Shown in pieces: positions 38,742 to 49,786 of a stretch of 64,000 nucleotides of DNA. Position 1 is the stretch's first letter, and each line of letters starts with the position of its first letter. This DNA is from Mobula hypostoma (Eukaryota). The notes beneath the pieces are model-generated. The model worked only from the letters and a program-made list of their open reading frames with translations, was not told the origin of the DNA and did not search any database. A program made the position numbers and the translations under genes. The stretch lies in assembly GCF_963921235.1 (NCBI RefSeq), contig NC_086097.1, forward strand, positions 208,384,001 through 208,448,000, in the 5' to 3' direction.

Positions 38742-41694
38742 TCATATTCTATAAAAAAAAACCCCTGTACCCCTTAAAAACACTAAAAATACCCGGACTT
38801 GTGCTCTCTCACCCATGTCCAGCAACCCTTTTAGTGTCAATTCGTGCATCCCCAACTCCCTTAATTTATTTCTCATCATCTCTCTCTGTATCCCATACTT
38901 CCTGCAACTCAGAACTACATGTTCTACTGACTCCTCTTCCTGACATTCCTCACACAATCCTGTCTGGTGTTTCCCTATCATTTTCAATGTTTTGTTTAAC
39001 GCACAATGCCCCAGCCTTAACCTAGTCCACACAATTTCCTCTCTTCTGTTTCCATTACCTACCCTAGTAACTGCAACACTCTTTTGTATTTGATATAAAT
39101 ACCTCCCTTTCCCCTCCCTGTCCCATCTCTCTTGCCACATTCGGTTGACTTTTTCCCAGATTACACACTTAACCTCTGCTTTACTGATACTAATGTGCAT
39201 TTCCACATTTTCTTTCTTTAACGCCCTCTTTGCCAACTCATCCACCCTCTCATTCCCTTTCACCCGTACATGTGCTGGAACCCATAGAAATTTTACCTGA
39301 CCTCCCTGATTTGCAATTCTTGTAACTAACTGAAGGACTTCATAAAGTACATCTTGGCGACTGTTTGTGTGAAAAGACCTTAAACTTGCTAGAACTGAGG
39401 ATGAATCTGAACATATCAATGCTTTGGCTTGTCTGGCTTTCTGCACCCATTGCAACGCAACCAACACTGCCGCATCTCCACTGTAAACACCCCTAACTTA
39501 TTAGATGTTCTTCTGGTGATTCCAATTTCTTTTGCTGGTATTACCACCCCAAACCCTGTCACTCCTGTTTCAGGTTCCTTTGCACCATCCGTATAAATGT
39601 GAGTATAATCACTATACTTTTCCATCACATGACAGTTAAATGCATTTACCAAATCTGTTTTTCATCTTTCTTTCCTTTTTACCTCCAACAAATGCCAGTC
39701 TATGTCAGGCCATACAAGCTTCCATGGAGCTACAACCAGATAAACTACTGAAGGACTTATCCTCAGATCAAATACTCCACATTCTTTCGCGATATCATTC
39801 CCTACCCGACTAAAGGTATCCCTCTGAAACCTCCCATTTTCCCAGCACTCCTGCAACACTCCTTTAGTAGGGTGAGAACCATTGTGCCCCTGCAAGTTAG
39901 CCCAGTAGTTTGCCATCAGTTGCATCCTTCTTAGTTCCAAAGGCATTATTCCCATTTCTACCTGTAGTGCTGACACTGATGACGTTTTAAAAGCCCCACT
40001 GCACACTCTCAAGGCCTGAGCCTGAATCACATCCAGTTTCCTTATAAGAGACCTAGCTGCTGATCCATATACTATATTTCCATAATCCAATACAGATCTT
40101 ACTAAAGCCACATACATTCTCTTCAAAGCTGAACAACTTGCTCCCCATTCCCTACCAGTCAAACATCTCATCACATTTATTACTTTTTTACATTCCTCCT
40201 CAACTTTCCTGATATGGTCTGCCCATGTTAATCGTGAATCAAATATAACTCCCAGAAATTTAAATGATGCAACCCTTTCTAATTCAACCCCATACATCCT
40301 TAACTTCTTCCCTTCCTCAACCCTTTTCCTGGTAAAAAATACAGTTTGAGTTTTATCTACTGAAAATCTACATCCCCAATCATAACCCCACTCCACCACT
40401 TCATCAATTGCTTCTTGTAGTTTCCTGATTATATGGTCCATGTTCCTGCCTCTTTTCCACAAGGCCCCATCATCCGCAAACAGTGACCTACCTATATCCA
40501 CTGGTACCTTTGTGAAGACATCATTGATCATAATGATGAAAAGTAACGGGCTAATCACACTACCTTGAGGTGTGCCATTTTCCAATATGTACTGTTTTGA
40601 TAATTCTGATCCAATCCGAACTTGAATTTTTCTACCAAACAAAAAATCTTTAATCCAATTAAAAACTCTCCCACCAACTCCCATCTTGTGCAGTTTAATT
40701 AATAATTCTTCCTTCCACATCATATCATAGACTTTTTCAATGTCAAAGAACACTGCCACTACTGACTCTTTATTTGCCTGGGCCTTCCTTACAGCCTGAC
40801 AACATTCCTCTGTCCACCATGGTACCAGTTTTCTATTCATCCTATTTTTACTCCTAGGTATAGATCCTTCTGCTGCCATGATAATTGCTGAAGTCACCTG
40901 ACTGTTTAATTCATCTACATTTCCAGAAATATCAATCTTTGTCAACCCTTCTTCACTCAATTTCTGGAACTTACCCCAATCAGCTTTTTCAAACACCCAC
41001 TTTGGGGTTCCGCCACCTGGTCTTACCCACTCTTTCACCCACTGAACACAAAACTGGGTAGTGATCACTGCCTACTGTTGAAGCAGTCCAAACTCCCCAG
41101 TTACTAATGCCAGCCAAGGTATTAAACACTAACGTAATATCTAACACTGACTCAGTTCCTGTTGTTATATCTATCCTTGTGCCGCTACCATCATTCATAC
41201 ACACCAAATCCCTTTCTTCCATCAAATCTTCAATTACCTTTCCATTTGGGTCTGTAATCTGATCCCCCCATATTGTGCTATGAGCATTGAAATCTGCACA
41301 CCACACTACTTTATGTCTGTTTTGTCCTTGTATCTTTAATAGGCTGTCCAAATCCAACCTTTTACATGGATTGTAGTAGTTAATTATAACCACTCCCTCC
41401 CCTCTCTCCCCTCTCTCCCACACTTCCACCACTATGTATTCCTGATCATCTCCTTTTTCCAGTACCCTATATGGTATACCTTGCCTGATTAACATAGCAC
41501 AACCCCCTCCTCCCCCTAGATTTCTCTTTCCTTATCATTGTATACCCATATACCACAAAGTCTAAAGTTGGTTTCAACCAAGTTTCCTGAATACACACGA
41601 CATCCGGTTTTACAACCATTTCTTTAATAAAGTGCTTGAATTCCTGGCTATTGACCAGTAAGCTCCTTGCATTCCATTGTAAAAGAATCACCAT
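38742..41694 (-). pseudogene. LINE ORF2 (APE endonuclease, RT, RNase H) with frameshifts and an internal deletion
   Basis: APE: LLQWNARSL, CIQETWL, DFNAH, SDHYP. RT: GTPQGSVISP, FADD. RNase H: YTDGAK, CSDS, WVPAH..GNERVDELAK. C-terminal CEEC..H..C. Confidence 0.9.
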
Positions 41695-41930
41695 AATTAG
41701 TATTAACCAACACATGACACTTCCTGGCTTGACTGATTACTGAGGTTCTCCCTCACTTCCTCCCATATCAGTCCTACTAACCCTAAATGGTTTACTGCTG
41801 CTTTTACCATCAGCTGAATTTTGTCACTTTTTGACTTTACCTCAGCCATACTATTAATCACTCCTGCAATGAATGTTACTAGAGCCTTTTTGTCTACATG
41901 AATCCTGTCATTTGTTCTTTGTTGCATCTC

Positions 41931-42896
41931 TCATATCCCTATTGCTCCCTGTTCATTAGGAGGATTATTCTGTTCTCTTGACATTCTTACAGCTTCTGCA
42001 TAAGTGATCTTTCTTTTCACTCTTATTTCTTGAATATTAGTCTCCCGTCTGACAACCTCACACCCACTATGTGCCACATTATGAGCTCCTCCACAATTGC
42101 AGTATTTTGGTTGAACTCCTGTTCCGCACTTTCCATATTCATGATCACCCCCACATCTAGCACATCTCCTCTGCCTTTTACAGTTTTTAGCCACGTGTCC
42201 AAACCTTTGACAATTATAGCACCTCAGTGGCTTTGGCACATACACCCTTACTGGGTAACTCATGAAACCCAGGAACACCTTCCTTGGCACTCTTTCTTCT
42301 TCAAATTCAATCAATACAGATTCACTTTCCTTTTTCACTCCCTCCTTTGTTGTTTTCAGTCTTTGAACATTCATTACTTTCCCTCCTTTGATATTCCTCT
42401 TTATCTCCTCCATACTTATACTCATTGGTATCCCCGTGATCACTCCTTTACAACCATTATTTTGTGCTCCCACACTCCCAGTGTATTCCACCTTGCATTT
42501 TCCTATCTCTTTTAGCTTGAGTGCTTTCTCAAGTTGTTCCTCATTCGCACATCTTACCAATAAGTTGCCATCGTTAAGGACTTTTGCAAATACTATTTCC
42601 CCTATCTTATTTGTCAGAGTTGTTGTTAGCACAAACGGATTAATTTTCTTCATATGTCCCTGAGCCTTCTCATTAAACCTAATTATGACAACACCTCCTC
42701 TCTGAGCTTGTTCATCTTCCTCACTTTCAGAGCTTTCTCCACTATCATTTCTTATTCTTTTATTCCCTTTGTCTTGGTTTTTATTCATCCGACCCCTCAC
42801 TACCTCCTCATTCCCTTTATTTCTCCCTTCACAATAATCCACCTCTCCCCAGCTACCTACCTCTGGTCCCAAGTCTCTATCCCTCTCCTTCTCCAC
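41931..42896 (-). CDS. LINE ORF1 gag-like protein (three Cys/His knuckles)
   Basis: Contains CYNCQRFGHVAKNC, CARCGGDHEYGKC and YCNCGGAHNVAHSGC. A probable frameshifted C-terminus lies at 41703-41927. Confidence 0.8.
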   Translation of the reverse strand: MEKERDRDLGPEVGSWGEVDYCEGRNKGNEEVVRGRMNKNQDKGNKRIRNDSGESSESEEDEQAQRGGVVIIRFNEKAQGHMKKINPFVLTTTLTNKIGEIVFAKVLNDGNLLVRCANEEQLEKALKLKEIGKCKVEYTGSVGAQNNGCKGVITGIPMSISMEEIKRNIKGGKVMNVQRLKTTKEGVKKESESVLIEFEEERVPRKVFLGFMSYPVRVYVPKPLRCYNCQRFGHVAKNCKRQRRCARCGGDHEYGKCGTGVQPKYCNCGGAHNVAHSGCEVVRRETNIQEIRVKRKITYAEAVRMSREQNNPPNEQGAIGI

Positions 42897-43120
42897 TTTC
42901 TATTCTTCAACCCCACCTCTTATCTTGTCTGCCATTACCGAACCCACACGACCCCCTCCCAGCAATTTTCGTTCCTTCCCCACTCTCTTTCCCTCAACAG
43001 GTTTCAAACCACATTCACGCATCAAGCAAAACACAGCCAGCTTCCAGTCAGCCACCTCTCCGCCACCTTCTGTTGTTCTCCCAGCAGTTCCACTCCCCGA
43101 TCACTCCACCAATAGAACTC

Positions 43121-44836
43121 CTCAGCTAAATTTACTACCGCAGTCCCGTGATGAACCTGTGAGTCCATGGGCGGGGCCTCGATGCTGGCAGGCTGACCTG
43201 TCAATCTCACTGCTTCGAACAGGATTCCCCCAGCGAGGTCATTACCGGGCAAGACTTCCATGCTTTTCATCGGTAATTCGGACCTCACGCCGATCGTGAC
43301 TAGTCCAGAGACCAGGTTGCTTTGTAAGTGTATCTGGTGCAAAGGCACGGCTTCCGTCCCTTCTCCAATGCCTTTGACCTTGACCTCCCCAGTCTGGGTC
43401 TCTGAGCTAAACTCTAATACACTCTTCAGTATTAGTGACTGACACGCTCCCGTGTCTCTCCAGATCTGCACTGGAACTGGTTTTAACCCCTCCTTCACTG
43501 ACACCAATCCAGCCAAGATAAACCTCTCGCGCCCTTCCTGAACTTTCGCAGACCTGTCCTGTCCGAGCGGTTCATTTACCAGCTCGATACAGCCAGTCAA
43601 AATCGCCATTTTTCCTTTTCCCGTCTCCTTCTTTGGGACAAAGCACCTGGACGCAAAGTGTCCGACTTTCCCGCAATTATAACAGACGACCCCAGGAGAC
43701 TTCCTACCAGACTGCTCCCGGTCTACCTTATCCTTCTCACTAGTCCCCGGCTTACTTACTGACTTTTCTGGCGGACTCTCCCCGTCGTCCTGACGTCCCT
43801 TCTGGTAGCCTTTACTCGGGGCAAACTTCATTTTATGCGTCAATGCATACTCATCCGCTAACTTAGCAGTTGCGGCTAACGTGGCTGCCTCTTTCTCATC
43901 TAGGTGGGGTCTCATACCCTCAGGGACACAACCTTTAAACTGCTCAATCAGGATCAGTTGTAGCAGTCTGTCATAATCCCCCTCTACCCCCTTCGAGGCG
44001 CACCAACGCTCACAATATGTCTGCATCTCACGGGCAAACTCTAAATACGTGCGGTCCCACTGCTTCCTCGCATTCCGGAACCTCTGCTGGTATGCCTCCG
44101 GGACCAACTCATAAATCCTGAGGATGGCCTTTTTCACCACCTCGTACCTCTGGGCATCTTCCGCAGACAAAGCTGAGTAAGCTTGTTGGGCTTTCCCTTT
44201 CAGTACACATTGAAGCAAAACAGCCCACTTATCCCTCGGCCAGTCCTGGCTTGTAGCAACTTTTTCGAAATGGAGAAAGTACCGATCCACATCGGTATCG
44301 TCAAATGGGGGAACCAGCCTAACCTCCTGGGTCGCCCGGAACCCTCCACCTTGGTTCGGCACAGGCCCCTGCTCTGCCCTTATCCTTAACTTCTCCAGCT
44401 CGAATTCCCTTTTCCTCTGTTTCTCCAACTGCCTCCCTTCTCGCTCCAACTGCCTCTCTCTCTCTTGCCTTTCTAACTCCCTCTCTTTCCTTTCTAACTC
44501 TCACTCCTTCTCTACTCGCTCCAACTGTCTGTCCCTCTCTTTCTCTTCTCGCTCCAAATGCCTTGCCCGGAACTCGTGCTCGAGTCTCAGTTTTTCAAGC
44601 TGCATCTGTACCGCGTCTCCAGCAGGTTTTTCAATAGACACCACCTCCAGCTCGCCTTGGGGAAACACACCTTTAGATACATAGTGCTCTACGATAGCTC
44701 TGTGTATCTCCTCTCTCCTCATTGTCGACTTCCCCTTAGCAAGATTCAACCGTTTGGCCACAGCTACCAATTCCGATTTCCTGGCATCCTCTAATGCCTC
44801 CAAGGTCAGCGCCTTTATAATTTCCTCAGCCTCCAT
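43121..44836 (-). pseudogene. Gypsy gag-protease (coiled coil, SCAN-like capsid, CCHC knuckle, aspartic protease); frame break near 44450-44500
   Basis: ORFs 44501-44836 and 43022-44449 contain LVPPFDDTDVDRYFLHFEK, ILIEQFKGCVP, CYNCGKVGHFASRC and RDTGACQSLI. Confidence 0.88.
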
Positions 44837-44905
44837 TTCTGCTGTTTGTCTTTTCTTTCTTTCGGGAATTTTGACCCAATCAATTTACGCCGTCCCAAAT
44901 TTAGC

Positions 44906-44931
44906 GTTCAAAATCGCAGACAAGAACCCCA
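44906..44931 (-). promoter_or_regulatory. Gypsy PBS, tRNA-Pro-like
   Basis: The minus strand reads TGGGGTTCTTGTCTGCGATTTTGAAC, versus the tRNA-Pro complement TGGGGGCTCGTCCGGGATTTGAAC. Confidence 0.7.
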
Positions 44932-44935
44932 CTTA

Positions 44936-45764
44936 TGTTACGTACCCCGTAACTGGGTTGCCAAACCAGCAGAAATGGATCACTCAGTTGGAGTCTGGAT
45001 TACTAGAACTAAGAAAGTTTTATTAAAGAAACAAGCAACACAGTACTCTAATCAAAAGGATAATGAATGCAACAGTTCAGCAATGATAAACATACATGTA
45101 CACAGAGTTAAGATAACAGGATCAGTCAAGCTCTATCGTTGTCTAGGGGTAAATGACCAGTTTCAAAGTGACGCAAAGTTCAGTTCAATTTAGTTCAGTT
45201 CAGTTCGCAGTAATCGCTGCCGTGGCGATGGACAGTGGGGGGAAGGAGAGAGAGAGCAAAACGAATGAATATTCAAAACGACTTCCACACAGACCTTCGC
45301 AGTCAGCTTTCGGGCGAGTCCTTTGTGATGTCATCTGAGGTCACTGACCGTGACCCCTCCGTTTCCAGATACGAATCGTTTCCCTGCGGTGAACCTGGCA
45401 CCCAGGCAAGGGTGGACACACACCAGGTTCCCGCCGATCGTGCCTTTCAAAACTTCTCACCGACTTGTGAGAGACGCACCGCTTCCAGGGTCTCGTTACC
45501 TCGGGTGTCGTGTGTCCTGCCTTAGCGAACCTGTCCCTTTTTATCCCTCTGCTGGGGTATCGCCTGTCCATCACTTCAAACAGTTCAGGGTTCAAAGGGG
45601 GAGCCGCTCTTGACAGCTCTCCTTCCTTCATTATCATCTCCAAATGCTGCTCCATTGTTTTCCTTATCTCTCTCTCTCCTGAAGACAGGTGGCAGACCAA
45701 CTGCTGATTCCACTGGTGCCAGCCCAGGCCAGCTACATCTTAATCTACGTGTATTCTTGTCACA
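44936..45764 (-). repeat. Gypsy 5' LTR (829 bp, TG...CA)
   Basis: It has TGTTAC...GTCACA termini and is near-identical to 36375-37151. Confidence 0.93.
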
Positions 45765-46656
45765 ATATGAAGATTGGTGGAGGAGCAGGTAGGGTTGAGG
45801 AAACAAGTAGGCTGCGTAGAATTTAGACAGATTAAGAGAATGGGCAAGAAAGTGGCAAATGAAATACAATGTTGGAAATGCATGGAAATAAATGGGTAGA
45901 CTATTGTCTAAATGGGGAGAAATTCCAAAAATCTGAGATGCAAAGGGACTTGGGCGTTCTTGTGCCGAACACCCTAAAGGTTAACTTGCAGGTAGAGTTG
46001 GTGGTGAGGAAGCCAAATACAATGTTAGCATTCATTTCAAGAAGTCAAGAATACAAGAGCAGGGATGTGAGGCTAAGGATTTATAAGGCACTGGTGAGGC
46101 TTTGCCTTGAGGATTGAGAACAGTTTAGGGCTCCTCATCTAAGAAAAGATGTGCTGATATTGGAGAGGGTTCAGAGGAGATTCACAAGGATGATTCCAGG
46201 AATGAAGGGGTTATCATACAAGGAATGCTTGATAGCTCTGGGTCTGTACACGCTGGAATTTAGAAGATGAAGGGGGATCGCATTGAAACCTTTCAAATGT
46301 TGAAAGGTCTTGACAGAGTAGATGTGGAAAGGATATTTCCCATGGTGGGGGAGTTTAGGACAAGAGGGCACAGCCTCTGGATAGAGGGCATCCATTTAAA
46401 AGCAGAGATGCGGAGACATTTCTTTACCCAGAGGGTGGCGAATTTGTGGAATTTATTATCTCAGGCAGCTGTGGTAGCCAGGTCATTCGGTGTATTTAAG
46501 GCAGAGATTGATAGGTTCTTAATTGGACACAGCATCAGAGACTATGGGGAGACAGTCAGAGAGCGGGGCTGAGGAAAGGGAGAAATGATCAGCTATGATT
46601 GAATGGCCGAGCAGACTCAATGGGCCAAATGGGGTCCTATGTCTTATGGTCTTATA
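45765..46656 (+). mobile_element. CR1 3' fragment
   Basis: Contains QRDLGVLV, IYKALVR and MKGDRIETFQML, with a TCTTATG tail. Confidence 0.85.
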
Positions 46657-46790
46657 TGTATACAAGTTACCCATGTTAAAATGTAAATATGCAACATCCT
46701 AAAAGGTAAGTGAAAAATAATGTTTGTCGTCTTACCTTTCCTTGGGAATATGTTATTATGTGTCTGTTGCAATGAAAGGGCGAGTGTGAG

Positions 46791-46947
46791 CACCAAACAA
46801 TATTAGTATAAACACAAGTATTATACGTAATATACAGCAAAAGCAACATTTCTTTCTAGAGGTTGAGTCTGTCTTACTCTATAAACACCAATGCATTTTT
46901 GATGTATTATCCCAGGGCAATGTATCCATGAAGTCTTCTTAAAGTAA
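46791..46947 (-). repeat. Second copy of the env 5' (leader-like) segment; direct repeat of 48868-49021
   Basis: The two copies share blocks such as CATTTCTTTCT.GAGGTTGAGTCTGTCTTACTCTA and CAATGTATC.ATGAAGTCTTCTTAAAGTAA. They are diverged, roughly 80% by eye. Confidence 0.85.
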
Positions 46948-46999
46948 AACAGCCATACAAGAGTTAGTAGTGCAGATCAGGTCATAGGAGTGGAACCAT

Positions 47000-49021
47000 C
47001 CTTGCAGGCTTCAATATTTCAGCAAAAAGAGCTCTACAAAAACAATAATTCCAATGGCTAGGGAAATTGTCCATTTGAAAACTGCAAAACAAAAGTCTTC
47101 AACTCAATTTAAGGTAGTACCAATCTGCTCAGAAACTGTATTCACTGCTGCGGAAACTAAATTTACAACAGCTGGAATTTTCTTGGCTATTGTTTCAGCT
47201 CGAGCATTACGCCAGTCAGGGGCTTCGTATGAGTCTCCAAAGGAACCTTGTGAGAGCAGATGCCTTGCTTGTCTGATTGTGTCAGTTTTGTGACTCTCAT
47301 AATATACAGAAAAATACTCCTTTAATTTGAGGGAGTTTCTTCTAGCTATTGTTGACAAACATAGAGGACTTCTAGAACATTCTTTGTTCTACATCTATCA
47401 TAAATCATTCCTTAAAACTGGACTTACATCTCTGTCTTGAGATGTGCAACATAGATTAAATCATCAAATTACTGTAATAGTAATTTCCTGTATAAGTGTT
47501 AAAAAGTGGGTGATCTTCTAATGGCAGTACGTGTGTACAACTTTCATCAGCAGAAGTTTCTACCTTCCAGGTGAACCAAAAAATCACATCAAAGCTATTA
47601 TGAGAGTGAGCACTGTTAAAAAGTGTGGCTGTACAGGTACTTTAACACATTTTTTTTAAATCATGAAAATTCTTTACGACAATCATGTTTTTCTCTACTT
47701 GCAACTGAATATACAGCAATAATTGAAGGCTTTTCTGTGTATGTAACATTGACCATTTAGGAAGTAATGTTATTTATGTAAGCCGAAAATTTAGCATTAT
47801 CAATTGGTCTCTGACAGTAAAATTTGTCATAGGCTTGTGTCTCCATTTTCCAATTTATTGTTGAGGTTTATCTGAAATATAATTTAATGTTTAAGGATAC
47901 CAATGATTCTGAATAATTACTATCTTCATTTTAAGGTATTATTTGCACTACAGCACGAACCATTCATGACTACGGGAAATGAGAAACCTGGGTAGATACA
48001 ATAGTTTATGGGACTAAGATCTCTAAAAAGCTTATTAGACTTATCAATTTCAGTTGACAAGGAAGATAACGTTTTTGTTTCATCCTACATTCTGCTTCAA
48101 TGCATCTTTCCATCTTGCATTCCCGTACAGAAACCCTGATCACAGGTTTTGTTGAATCATTTAGAACATAACCCAGAAATGCAGAAAATTGCCTTGCTAC
48201 CTTGACATGTGGCAATGGAGGGGAATAGTGGCCATAAATGAAAACATGGAAACATCTAAAATTTTCGTAGCAAGTGTTCATATAGATTTTGGCCATAAAG
48301 GGAAAGTGAAATAAGACATCTGTCTAATGTAGAAGTCTTCATTTAAAAAAAAATAGTGTTTTCCACAATATTCTAACAGTCTTAGCAGTTTTACAGTTTT
48401 AGTTCATGTTCCTATGAGTGGCATCATTCAATGACACAACTGTGTCTGTACTTTTCTTCAAATGTAGAGGGATCCATGTCAAGGAATTCCTCGATCAGTT
48501 TACCTTCATTATCTGGGTTGGAATCTTTCAGTTTTATTAGGGTGTTGTTAATCAATCCTGCAAGTGATTCTTTGCCTTTCCATGTATCTTTATTCATTTT
48601 GTCTGCAATTTGGTCAGAGTGAATGTTCAAGTGGACATGATCGATCACTTTGCCAGAGGCAAGGATTAAGAGTTCAATTATATTAGTTCATGTACGACCA
48701 AGAGGCAAGGGTCATTTAGTGATATTTAAATTAGAATCATCATTGCTCGCAGATCCACTTAATCCAATATATACTGAGTCATTGTTTTAGAGGTATCCGA
48801 GCCAGATGAGACAATTTCCATAGATAAGGCAACTTCATCTGCGAAAAAACGATGGTATTTAAGGCAACACTAAACAGTATTATTATAAACACACATTATA
48901 TGTAAAATACAACAAAAGCAGCATTTCTTTCTGGAGGTTGAGTCTGTCTTACTCTAAAAACAATACACATTTTGAATGTATCATCCCCGGCCAATGTATC
49001 TATGAAGTCTTCTTAAAGTAA
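47000..49021 (-). pseudogene. Decayed foamy-type env (leader peptide, SU with internal deletion, furin site, TM)
   Basis: Leader-like STSRKKCCFCCIL plus a hydrophobic stretch. SU: NIHSDQIADKMN..KESLAGLIN..DPSTFEEKYRHSC (cf. foamy INSENIANNAN..DPRDQEQYIHRKC), PLPHVKVARQF, and a basic KQKR site at 48069-48080. TM end: EAPDWRNARAETIAKKIPAVV (cf. DTPAW..WPAA), then hydrophobic WTISLAIGIIVFV. Confidence 0.78.
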
Positions 49022-49786
49022 GCAAGATTTTTAATGTCTCTTTTTAAATCTTAACGTGAGTTTCATTTCTTCAGTATATCTCACCGCCCCCCCCCCCGCC
49101 TCCCATCAGGATGTAGGGGTTCCATGGTGGACCCATGTACTGGTCTAATATGAAGGTTTCACTCATCCTGGGGAGATAAATCCTGCTGGGGCAAGTTTGC
49201 GGCTATCTATGGAGACAATTTTACTTACAGCCTTGTTTCCCCTCCCAGTCTTGATTACCACTGTCCTATCATTGATAACCTGGGTAAGGAGACAAGGCGG
49301 TTTCCAATTAGGATAGAAACTAGGGCTGGAATTATTTTTATGGAATTTCTTTACTTGGATCCAGTCCCCTCTTTGTGGCATCCAAGTTGTCTTGTCAGGT
49401 TCCTTTGCTTTCTCCTGAATTCCCATAACTCTCTCAATTCCCTGAGGAGAGTTGTATCAGGTGTAAGTGATGGTTGGCCTAGTTTAGCAATAAGGAGTGT
49501 GATTAGGTAAACATTATACATTAATATATAAGGTGTAACATTCTTGAGTACTCCTATCAGCATATTGTTTATGGACGGATGCATGTCAGGGACAAATGTA
49601 GCCCACTTTAGCATCTAGAGTAGACCAGTTTTGCCTGTCTGCGCTTAATTTCCTGATTCCTTCACTCCACCGTGCACTTGATTGTTAGTGGAATGGAGTT
49701 CTGTACTCCACTTGTACAGTATGCCTGTTTGTTCATAAATGGCCTGACAGTCTTTACCAATAAAGAAAGAATGCTGGTGGGCAGGT

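Larger units (their letters stand above)
38497..43120 (-). mobile_element. Nimb/I-group LINE (ORF1 with zinc knuckles; ORF2 APE-RT-RNase H) inserted in the Gypsy element
   Basis: A 13-bp TSD CTCAGCTAAATTT flanks it at 38484-38496 and 43121-43133. It has a short (CAGA)n tail, and ORF1 and ORF2 motifs are present. Confidence 0.9.
36375..45764 (-). mobile_element. Gypsy (Gmr1-like) LTR retrotransposon with SCAN-domain gag and internally deleted pol
   Basis: It has two near-identical LTRs, a tRNA-Pro-like PBS and a PPT (AAAGGGGGTAAG) next to the left LTR. Gag has a SCAN-like domain and a CCHC knuckle, the protease has DTGA, and pol scraps run in IN-RT-RH order. Confidence 0.92.
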
